From NCBI GenBank assembly GCA_040954595.2, contig CM082578.2:17183703-17247702 (forward strand): a DNA stretch of 64,000 nucleotides. Direction: 5' to 3'. Below, piece after piece: positions 53,001 to 64,000 of the stretch; within the stretch, counting starts at the first letter, position 1, and each line of letters opens with the position of its first letter. This DNA comes from Balanoglossus misakiensis. Its lineage: Eukaryota > Animalia > Hemichordata. Made by a program: the position numbers and the translations under genes. Under the pieces are notes generated by a model. The model was not told the origin of the DNA and ran no database searches. It saw only the letters and a list, made by a program, of their open reading frames with translations.

Positions 53001-55190
53001 CAAATCACAATTACACTGCCATATATCGAAACCCTGGATGAATTCATCAACTGGGCGTACGTAAGTTGCTGTTTGTTAGAGCCAATTCACAATTCCAGGC
53101 TTTTGTCAATTTGACGTTGCAGAGTGTGGAAAAGGTGTGAATTTTCCGCAGAGTATCTGTCCTTTGAAGTAGGGAATGTGTCTGTTCCAGGAATCACATG
53201 AATACTGATCCTTTGGCCTGGGGATATGGTTATTCAAAACACATCCACCCACGCTCCCTTCTTCAATCAAATTTGAATATTTCAATATGACTAGATCACT
53301 GCACCAGCTGTTGAAATAATTCCATGCAGTCACACAGAATTGATGCGTCATTAACTTCACTTGAGGATTTGTAGAAAAGTGCCTAGACCATAAATGCATC
53401 ATCCTTTGCCATTTCAGTGTCCACAACCAGGGATGTACAGCGGATGGGTTCCACATTGATCGTGTAATGATTGTGTCATGTATGCAATGCGTGCATGAGT
53501 GCATCTGCCGGTATGTACGACATGAGCATGTATTGCACACATGAATGTACTAGTATGTGTATATATTATATGTACATTTATTATATGCATGCGTGAATGT
53601 AGCTGCTATTATGTATGCATGGGTGTACATGTACATGAATGTATATATTAACATACAGAGTCAAATAGATACCTGTGGACATCCAGTTCATTCACCCGTG
53701 AATCATAAAGGTTCAGAGTACATATCATGTTCAGCAATATCTAGAAAATCACCTGTGCCATCATCATTTTCCTATTTCATTAATACAGAAGGGGTCTAAT
53801 CAGAGAGAGAAAAACAACACTTAGTACTAATTACTATTTTACCCAGAGGTTTCAGGTCAATGACATTTGTAGATCTTTGAGATGATTTCCTTGCAATGGA
53901 AGGACAGAAGTGGTTTTCACATATTAACAAAATCAGATTTGTTCAGCTGTCATAGTCTACAGCATCACAGCGTGTAATGTTGCGCAATGATGCACATTGG
54001 TGTGAAAATATTTGCTGTGGCATAATTACTGCCTGCAATAACCCACTGGTTTCTCATCGGTCTGCTGCATAATTGACTGAAGGTAAATTGTGCTGTGGCA
54101 CCGCTGATATTTGTAGAGTGAGAAAGTTGTCTACTTGGCTGACCTCTGCGTGTGCCTGGTTCAGCAGATAAGACACGCTTGTCTCCCCTACCGTGTCAGC
54201 AGTTCATCTCTCAGCTAGCATGTGCCTTTTAAAAATTCAAATCCATTGTTTTCTATGTTAAGGTTGGACGTCTAAAAAAGGGAACTGGGGCTGAAAGGGT
54301 TAATTAAATGATTCGGGAGAATGTGCAAATCAAACTGTTCTGATACAGACGGCTGTGATGAATCTCAGGATCATTCTGACTTGACACGATTGACTGACAC
54401 TGAGAGTGAGAGTGCATCTCAGTGAGAGAGATATTTGTAATCTGTGACCGTGTTCCCGTTGTTTTGACATGCTGCAGTTGTAGCTATTCACTTATTTGAA
54501 ATATGGGATATAAAAAGAACTTTGGCATGCCATGCGTAAAGCTCTGGATTGAGAGAACCAGAAATCTATTTTGCCAAAATAAACACAGAGGAATTACAGT
54601 AATGCGGTGTAGTATGCACTGAGCAAGTGATATGTGCTCTCAAATCTTAAACGGCTTCAAGCATGCTGCGTTGACGAATCCTTTAAAACAACTACCACTC
54701 AGAGTGGCCATATCAAACTACCGGTATGTCTGAATCAGTCAGAAAATTGCGAGATTTGTCAGATGTTCCTGGAGAAAACTTGATCTTTGACAACAGATAA
54801 AACCACAATAACTTGTGGAAATAAGAATATACCCATAATTAGAAATCTTAAGATTTTTTTGGACTCGAGGAGGGGAAAGTGTCCCTAATGGAAACCTCTT
54901 AATTTTATCAAACATCTAACATTGAAGTTTCCATTAGTCGTGATTTTTATCTCCTTTTGTTTCCCCCCTCAGATGGCAAATTTACCAACTCAATTATTAT
55001 GGGCGACTTCAACACCTACAAGGATTTTGAGGAACCTATGCAGAGACTGCTCAATGGGAAATTTTCAGTGAACGGAGGTTGTGAAAAGAGTCTCCATTTA
55101 CGATATCCGCCCCAAGATAACAGCGCCCTCTACAACGATGCATGGAAAGCCACGCATCCACACGAAGATGGACATACGTTCAGTAACATG
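50001..55190 (+). CDS. Endonuclease/exonuclease/phosphatase (EEP) superfamily protein with signal peptide; 3'-partial
   Basis: Exons 50001-50171, 50463-50652, 51277-51492, 54973-55190 (265 codons). EEP motifs VSSYNLWN, PDIIGFQEV, EGLGLLSRHP, VVHLS, IIMGDFN, DAW..GHTF. The expected final RxD and SDH motifs were not found before 64000. Confidence 0.85.
51845..52629 (-). CDS. Candidate nested antisense gene: ~89-aa secreted peptide precursor
   Basis: Exons 52629-52486 (donor GAG|GTACGT) and 51970-51845 (acceptor ..cttcttgtcaaattTAG) join in phase 0. Product: MNQGSCVLLWFLAITTSPSHPIDLTQMLTAYHESSRPLHVHFPESIKEIHAILEGNHAGQYPSEPFSIELQKLMSTNRSPVLVLMPMFF*. No homology recognised. Confidence 0.45.
54238..54303. 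mobile_element. Partial inverted copy of the 37269-37361 MITE
   Basis: CAAATCCATTGTTTTCTATGTTAAGGTTGGACG..AGGGAACTGGGGCTGAAAGGGTTAA aligns with the reverse complement of ~37271-37333. Confidence 0.65.
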
Positions 55191-56873
55191 GTCAGTACTT
55201 CTTCATTCCTTTCCCATTGGTCTAATGTTTATTCATCAGCCCTACTGAGAATACTACCCTCTACAGTCATATTTGGAAAGTCTCACACCTTCATGAAGAT
55301 TGATTGGCGCCGTGAATTACATGTAATATGATATGCCTAGATGTTAAAGCAGCTAGTACCCAACAATCTCTTATATATAACTTAAATATCACAATTGAAA
55401 ATATGCAGCAGACTGTATATAGATCAAAACAAGCTTTTTCATGAACTGATTCTGCATAACATTAGGAACATATAACTTAATTCTGACTACTCAACTGGTC
55501 TGTTGTGTACTTGACAAGAACTTGAGGATTAATATTCAGTCGCATTTAGCATGGGTGAATTTATCTCTGGGAAATAGTCGTGTGCGATTTTCTTGAAATC
55601 AGGATGGTTAAATATCGCATGAAAAGATTTGGTTACCTTCTCTTCCTTGTAGCACTCCGTTTTTCAATAATTTAGATTTAAAGGCCATCAAAAACTAATC
55701 AGATGACATGGCTCCTTTTTTGGCCATATCAAGAAATCAATGTGCGTCAGGTATGGATAATTAATGAAAAAGTAGTCGTCACACATATTATAATTATTTC
55801 CTGTTTTTTAACATGTTATGAGATCCCCAACCAAGTTCCCCTGATAATTCTTGTATTGCTGAAGGTTAAGCTCATAGTGCATTCATGATCTCATTAGTTT
55901 TGTGTAATCTGAGTATATTGCATTACCTCCATCAGATGACGTTGGTTTTAAGGAAACAACAGAAAATGCAGGGTTTGATATGTTGTTTTCCACAAATTAA
56001 AATGGCATGCACTGAGAGCCGTATGACAAAATGGGACAATTTCAATTTTGAAATCTTAAACTTTCCCCATTTGTGCAGTAATTTTCCTTCGCGTCCAGTT
56101 TGAGTGTACACATTACACATCTCGTGAGATATGGTAAAGCTTTTATACTTCAAGCAAGAGACGGCTTATTCGCATCAAAACTAGTGAGATAGGGGACCTC
56201 AGTAAGTACCAGTAGATGAGTTAGATCATGTAACAAGTTCGATGGTAGATTACATAGAGATGTTGACCACCATCCAAATATGACACATCCGTTCCACAAA
56301 TGATGAGTGACAGCATTCCTCGCTTTGACTCACGACAGTAAATTTGCTGGCTTAGCCAAATTGCATCAATCTTGATGGGTGCAGAATACTAGCAGTGCGC
56401 GCTCACCCATTACGACCACCTGGTACCACCACATAACAGTGATACAAGATGAGTCTATTAAAATGCTATTTTCGGTTTGTTTTGTGCGGGCATGGTAATT
56501 TATTAACATTGAATGATAATGACTACAGTAGAGCTGTTTGACATCATATTGTTTGTGCAAGATCTGTGAAAGGCGACTGCTTCAGCCTTGAAAAGTTGTT
56601 TTTATCATGGACAGTTGATGTCAAAACATAAAAAACTGAGGGTAGTTGACAAACACATCGCAATCAGGTAAATAAGCGTTGATGCACACCATGAGAATAC
56701 CTTTATATTATCACATTCTCATTAGTCATAATTCACTTTGCAATGTGAGAATGTGTTTCTCACCATTGCTTCATCTAATCAGGATGTAAGCTGCTGCTCA
56801 TCTATCAAAGACTTTGTTGAAGATCCATTTTGGATTATAGTCCAGGTGTAAATGAGGTACTGTAGATTTTTTA

Positions 56874-56902
56874 GGGGGTTGGGGGGGGGGGGGGGGGGGG
56901 GG
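56874..56902. repeat. Poly-G tract (a second one at ~63198-63218)
   Basis: Run of more than 20 G in the long EEP intron. Confidence 0.9.
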
Positions 56903-59900
56903 CTTACAGATTTAGTTCTCAGTCTGTACCTGTACATACATTTTATATGTGTGTGTGTGTGTGTCTGTCTGTCTTTCTTTCTTCCTGCAGCTATAACCCA
57001 AACATACCTTACCAGGTTTCATTGAAACTTTTCACAAGTGGACTAGATAAGATATATGTTACAGTTATTATCTTAACTGTAGCAGAGCTCACTATATTCA
57101 GAAAGGATCCTCACAGTGGACGGCAGCTGGGCAAGGCTAATAAGTCAGCTGAAAACAATGCAAACATGGATAGCTTATGAGAAGTTAATCTACAGCTAAC
57201 CCATTAACTTTAATTTGGAAAGTGCATTACATGACTTCAAAGGGGAAGGAATGCTATATTTAGCAAATGACATATGTGGTACTCATTAGCAAGGAATATG
57301 TCTGTTCAAGAAAATGAAATTTGCCACCGATCAGATTACAGAATAATACATTTGCGGCATATCCGTTGCCATGTTAGCTTTAGTATTATTTCGTCGAACC
57401 ACTAACTAGGAACTTATAAAAGTAGGGTAATGGTGAAAAGTATAGTGCATGCACAGGCATAGTGACACTGCAAAATGCCAGCGTGGTGTCGTCAATTTTT
57501 TTATTTTGCATATATTAGTATTAAACTGCCAGCATAATTTTAGCACATCTTAAACAGCTTTCATTCAAACACAGTAGCAGCTCAAAGCGGTGTGAATTCA
57601 TGCAACTTTGCTGTTGTTTGATGTTGCACTTTTGAAATGCTAGCATTTGTGCTAATAAAATGCTGGCAGGGTGTAACAAAAGTGCTGAGGAACTGCTTGA
57701 AAAGTGTGCTGGCTGAGGGTCGGCAATTTGCAATGCTAAGTTTTGCTGTATCTGTGTAGACTGATTGCGTTGTTTTTTTGTCAGTTTTTAACCGCATGTC
57801 TCAGTGGGTGCCGCAGCTCTTTTATAGTTTGACAATAAAAGATATGAACATGTACATGTAAGACTTACAGGATTGTGTACAGCATCATCTGTATGGCATT
57901 AATGGAGATTTATTATTGCAACTGTCTGTTTTGAAGTACCTTGAAAAAGTGGCTGCACATTACCTTTGAAAAATGGCTCGGCATTTACTCATAGAAATAT
58001 TACTGTTAATATAAGAACAGCAGTAAATGCTTCTTTGGAAATCTTTGTGCAGTCAGACAATTGAATAATATCTACTGATATCTACCGAACATTTGAACAC
58101 ACAAGGTAATTTGGAGTGACATGCTGAGTGAAAACCAAGCACATCACAAAGGCTGATTTCAGACGTCTTCTATTCGCTACCTTGAGGGAAGGATGCATCA
58201 CTGAAACGTGCATGCTTTGACGTTTATCAAGCTATACCAGGCGGACCAAAAGGGAGTAATCAAACAGATGTCGCGCAAACAGGATGTGTATAAAGCTCTC
58301 CCGTAGAATTAGCAGCAGGCTTTGATAGCTGCACAGTCACTCATTGACTGTGAAGATTTCTCAAGAGAGTAGGAATCAGTGCCAATTATCTCGGCATCTG
58401 AAGTCACGATTGTATTCCCTCAGCAGATCTGCACAGCGCTGTTGCCTCGATCTGTGACGCCAGTGCAGATGTCGTCGTCGTCGTTAAAGGATGTTACAAT
58501 ACCATCTCAAAGTGGTTAGGCCATTAAACACTGCTCAGCTCTTCAAGCCACTGGCCAAGTCCATGTTCTCGACGTCAAAAATAGAAAGCTGATTTCCTCT
58601 GCGCTGATGATATTTCATATTCATAGTGTGCAGTCTAGTTGTTTGCACGGCCCCCGCCAGTGGGTTTCGCTTTCAATCATGACTTTGCTCTCAGCAACAA
58701 GAAGATTATGCAAATTTGTAGATCTTTGTTGATGGCACTATTTTCAATTAATGATTTCAAGCAGGTTTCTAGCAATTCTTATGACAAGCTGATTGAGATT
58801 GATTATTCTCTAAAGTGGCCAATGTAATATTTCCCTCTCCAAAGACACCAGCATATTCAATTCACATATGTCTCTGTTCAGTGTTGCTACAGTGGACTTG
58901 ATTCAAAACTTGCATCCTAGAAATGTGCACGAAAAATCTATTTGACTAAGGTCTGTTTTGAATGTCCACATATCAGCAAGCTGGCTGAATTGTCAAAGGA
59001 CATATCAATTTTTTTAATGGTCAGGTTTCTGTGAAACTGGAGTTTCCAGTTCGAAGCAGCCTAGCAACCATAGTGGGAAATGAGAGAAAGAGTTCAAGAT
59101 GATTAGCTTTTCATGAAAACACATTTGTCAGATTGGCTGTTATGCATCCGTGTAAAAGACCTTGGATTGTTATGTTATTACCACGGCAGAGTATGCTGTT
59201 CATGACCACAAGTTATTTCATTTTGCAACAGTCATCATAAAGTATTGCTGAATTTTTTCCCCTCAAATTGTCAACTGGGGAGATGTCTTGTAATTCCTTT
59301 TTCTCAGCCATATGCAGTCACCATGTTTTAAAGTGTAAGTGGTGTCAGTATGGATTGAAGTTTGACTGAAAGATTCTGCCCTGATTATTAAAGGGCTGCA
59401 GTTCATGTTTCTGCAAGGGAAAAGAAGAAAAATGCATGATAATTTTGTTCTTTCAATCGTTGAATACATCCACAATCTGTATTCCGTGCACGGCACGAAG
59501 AATTGCTAGGGCCGTGTCAGTGTTCCTTCCCAAGACTACAAATGCTGAAAATGACAGGAACATATGATAAGAACGTGTTCCCCTCACTGATTGAACCTAG
59601 ACGAACACGAGACCTTATCAACACATGTCCCCGCAATTAAGAATAAATTGAGATCCAGTGCAGAAGCTGCTCTCATGCCCTGCCTGCACTCAAGTTATTA
59701 GCCCCGAAAAAAAGGAAGTCCATGAGTAACAACTCATGATAAATAACATTAAATTGACAGAGAACGGGTCCTCGGCACCTATTTAATACAACATCTCAGT
59801 CACACAGATTGATATCTGCAATTGCTTGGATGCAGTTAGAAACCAATTCACCAGCTTGGAAAGGCAGTGTTCAGTTTTATTTTCCACATTGTGCTGCCAT

Positions 59901-62900
59901 GCATGTATGTCTGGATGAGTCGTCTTGTGTTTCCCTGGTATCGTTTACATGTGTCTAGTCATCAAGCATCCAGCTGAATTTGAGTTTCTCAGGAATATTA
60001 CGCACATTCGAACATGCAAAACATTGGTCAACAGTGTTTACGATATCTCCAATAGCATATTGTAAATGGTAGTGAACATATCCATGCAGCTTCAATATAC
60101 CTCATCATTGCTCTCCAAGCACTAACAGAATGCTTCCATCAAAAGATATAGTCATTATTGTATTTTTCTGAATATCTCCAGGTACCATGCATTGTAGATC
60201 TCTAATAATACCAGATGCCTGCATCAATAAATTATAGATTCACTTTTTTGAGAATGAGGTGACCCATAGTCTGTATTGGTTTGGACACACCTGAGTAATC
60301 CAGCCACAAAATTACATGAATAAATCATCATGCATTCACAGTTATGAATTTCTCACGCAGAAACATCTGGTGTGGAATTGCCTCTCCCATCAGCTGTACA
60401 TGTGGGTCAACTTTGTCGACAAAAACAAATCTTTGACTTTATAATACACAAGCAAGTTGCCACCCACAGTCACTAAAGAACTCTTCAATTACACATACAT
60501 GTACATGTAACTGGTCCTTGGAGACAGCAATTTTGATCATATTTTACCATTAACGCCAAGCTTTGATAAATCAAATTTTCTACCAGCACATGTGTCTGAG
60601 GTGCATTGAATCTATTTACAGGGGAAATTTCTTTCACATCCTCTGTTTTGCTCTTTCATATCACCGTCAACTCCAGACATCATTGGAGAAGTTCCCTCAC
60701 AAAACAGTAACTGTTTCCTTAGACTTTTGAGATTGCGACTACATGTACGATTCTCAGTTGCATCTCAGTTGCAGCTGGAGGGTTGGCTCCATGCCCTGGC
60801 ATCGGGAAATTAAATTGGATTTTCCTGATAAGGTGCGATTAAAATCAAAGACAAGAAAGTGACGACACTCACTATCACTGGAATATAATATATATAAATA
60901 TCATGTTAGACGTTTTCTTGAAAAGGGCCATAATTAAATATATTATCAGCCATGAATTATACATTCTGTTGGTTTAGTTTCTTCTTCCCTACAAATGCCA
61001 GGATATAAAATTACATTTCCCCCAATGTGTACGTATATTGTATATTCCCAATGTGCATATATATTCCCAAAACTTTTACATTAAGATCTGTATCACAAGC
61101 GGACCCAGTTGGCTATCTTATCTGTAGTGATAGGCATGTCCCTAGCTCCATCAGCCAAGCAACATTCAGAGCCAATGCGATCTCTGTATGACACTCTTTC
61201 AGGGACAATGTCACTGTGTCCTGACCATACGGTGGCCACCGAAATTTGTTTTGTGTAGGAGTTATATTAAGGTGTTCTGTAGACAGAGTAACAATGACTC
61301 ATCAGTTGCTGGTGGTGTTTATACCGTAGAACATTTACAAGATGTTTGTGGCATTATGACAAGAATATTTCAATGATAATTTTTCGTACCTAGACACCAG
61401 AAATCATGTTTGACATTGTATAGACTAGACTTACTAGATTCTCTTTAATCCTTGCCAGGTTGAGTTGATGCATTACGCAGTAAATGTTCTACGTATGCAA
61501 CTGACCTATCGTCAGGAAATGAGTGGTCACTAATCCCAGTTTACGAGAAATTTCAGACTCCATTTACCCGTGTACGATGTGCGTGGTCATTGGTAATTGC
61601 TCTTGTACTACAAGAAGTACGAGCTAGGAGCTAAATCGGCCGAGATGTCCATTCGAAAGGGAGCAATTGAAGGTACTAGACACAATAGCTAGGATAAAAC
61701 ATTATCTCTAGGGTGTACTTGGTCTTATAAACTCTCCTCTTAAAAAAACAGTATCGTTCAATTCCCTGTAATTTCTTGTCTGTGACTTGTGTCACCCCCC
61801 CCCCTCTTCCCCATGTGACGATTTTAATGTTGACAGTAATAGTGAGATGTGGTCTACATGTTACCATGACAACATGAACAGAAAATGCATATTGTATACA
61901 TACATGTATATGTCATACATTAACAATTATATTTTTTTCAAAGAAGTATAAATGTTTAAAGGCATTCATTTTTCTATTGAAAATGATGTATCATATTTCA
62001 CTGATTTGGTCTGGATGGACTTTAAAACGTCTATTAACTTTATGCATACAGCTGCATCCGTATCTCCTGAGGGTGTTGTCTGATTACGTAGTCAGACACA
62101 GAGTGTATATTGCAGCAATCTATGAGACAGAGATTAGGTGCTGTCATCCATACTGGACTCTTTGTTAGTGGGCCAACATTTATCTCTATTGCATAGAGTA
62201 GTCTTGCCGATACAAGGCTCAACTAAATTGTGCATTTATATAGACATTGTATAGTCCTCTTTTGACTCATGCTGACAATAGCATGTCTGGCTACCGATAT
62301 TATCACTTAAAACTCTGACTTTTTGGTCTGCTTTATATCACTGTACTGCTAATGCAGAATTTGCTCGTTGTGCTTTAAAATTTACCGGCATCATTCTAGA
62401 ATTGTGGGTTCCCAGGTTATAAGCTGTTATGTTGCCTGCTATAAGTGTCAACCAGACTCAGTCCTTCGGGAGGTTTGAACCCATCTGTTTGACGATTCAG
62501 GATTAACCTCAGTTCACTTGTTGAGTCCTCTGCAGTTATTTGACCCATCATCTACCTGTCTATCATAAAATCATAGGCTCATACAAAAAGGTGTTATTTT
62601 TCTCCAAATCAAAGTCATCTTGTTAACATTGTGATTTCAGTCGCTTCTGTGCAGACTGGTTTAGACGGTATTTCATTTCTTTTAAATGTATGTATGTGCA
62701 TGTGAGTATTTATATGTGTGTGTGAGAGGTAGACTGAGAGATGAGAGAGAGGAGGGAATGAGAGGTGAAGGGGGAGAGAGAGGGGGTGAATGCAGTTGAA
62801 AAATGTATATGAATACGAAGGATGGTTTCATATGGTTTTACGGAGACAATGAAGCAGTACAATGCTAGGAAGTGTTCAGCAAGTGGGTGTAACTAATATT

Positions 62901-64000
62901 GGATACCCCATTCCATCTAAATCACAGGGAGTATATAATGTGCAGCAGAGTTTATGGCACAAACCAAAGAAATTCCGCTCATATTACATGTAACATTATG
63001 AAAAATGACTTTTCTCAGATGACCTTTTCCCATCGTGTACTGCATGCAAATAATGACATTATTTCCTCATTTCAGTGCTGCTGTTTGTCTGGTTATTGGT
63101 TAGATAGGCTGTCCGACAGTCAGACATGTGGCAATTGCCCCGAAGGTTTGGAGAGAATTTCTCATTTTGGCAAGGAATGGAGTATATACATTTTTTTGGG
63201 GGGGGGGGGGGGGGGGGGGACATTTAGCATTGAGCCTTCGGGGCTGTTGTGTAATATTCATTCAGAATAGCAGACAGGTGCTCTTCAGCCAAATCTCTCA
63301 TTTCAACCATCTATTCTGAGCTCCAGACTTATTCTGTAAATGTCAGCTCAGATTTTACTTTCCTCTTCAAAAGGGAGGACGACTGAGCACAAAGTTCACC
63401 GTGGGGCAGTGACAAGTTCAAACAGAGTTCATTGTTTGTGCAATGTCAAAGATCAAGGGAAGTTCATGCAATAAAATTTTGACTTCTATTTAAAGGAAAC
63501 TACAGCTGGAGGATAAATGTGATGTTGAAAAACAGATCCTGAAAAATTCATATGAAGGCCAAATTTGCACATTTAGAAATGAATGAATGAGACATTTTTA
63601 AATATTTATGTTAAACTGCCTTCTTAGACAGAATGATACAGGCGCTATTACAACTGGTATGTTTTCATTCCAGGAATTCAACCGCAATCCTTATTTGGTT
63701 ACAGCTTGTGTCTGTGTTCCATTCAATTCCGTCAAACTTTACCGTATGTTGCTTTTCAAGAGAAATTTAATCCAGTAAAGCCACTTACAAGTATTTAAAG
63801 ACTAATCACATAAAAAGGGGAAGGAGGCGTTAGGATGAATTGTGATCCAAGCGCTCAAACTGAGTGGCTTTATAATCTTCAGCAGATCTATAACAAGCTT
63901 GAAGTTCAATGATATCCCTCCTGAAGTGCATCAGAACATATTTCAAGTAATTCTTTGCAATCCGAAAAATCTGGATCTATTTGTGCTCATTTGATATGCA

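Noticed and set aside
53106-53540. 144-aa minus-strand ORF in the EEP intron
   Set aside because: Begins in low-complexity ATGC/ATAC sequence, with no motif and no convincing splice signals.
58420-58510. Minus-strand peptide VTDRGNSAVQIC resembling an NHL repeat
   Set aside because: Flanked by stops, with no splice support and no further repeats. Chance or an unrecognisable relic.

Overview
Gene-dense eukaryotic (animal) genomic DNA with spliceosomal introns; a marine invertebrate origin is a guess. The ORF track catches only fragments, so I assembled genes by hand from splice sites and reading phases. In order: the 3' end of a long coiled-coil protein gene (+); a 74-aa secreted single-EGF gene (-); two tandem, diverged VOPP1/WBP1-type single-pass PPxY membrane protein genes with matching exon layout (-); an FGD-family DH-PH-FYVE-PH Cdc42 GEF (-) head-to-head with a zeta-crystallin-type quinone oxidoreductase (+); TIMM17 (-) head-to-head with RAD18 (+); PRPF18 (-, with one GC-AG intron) head-to-head with a signal-peptide EEP-superfamily gene (+) that runs off the window. 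The strongest novelty candidates are a two-exon antisense ORF nested in an EEP intron that reads like an 89-aa secreted peptide precursor, the free single-EGF peptide, the hidden second VOPP1-like paralog, a 27-nt microexon in FGD, and a duplicated three-way-junction motif. No rRNA, tRNA, CRISPR array or autonomous transposon ORF was seen. All coordinates were counted by hand and may be off by a few bases.
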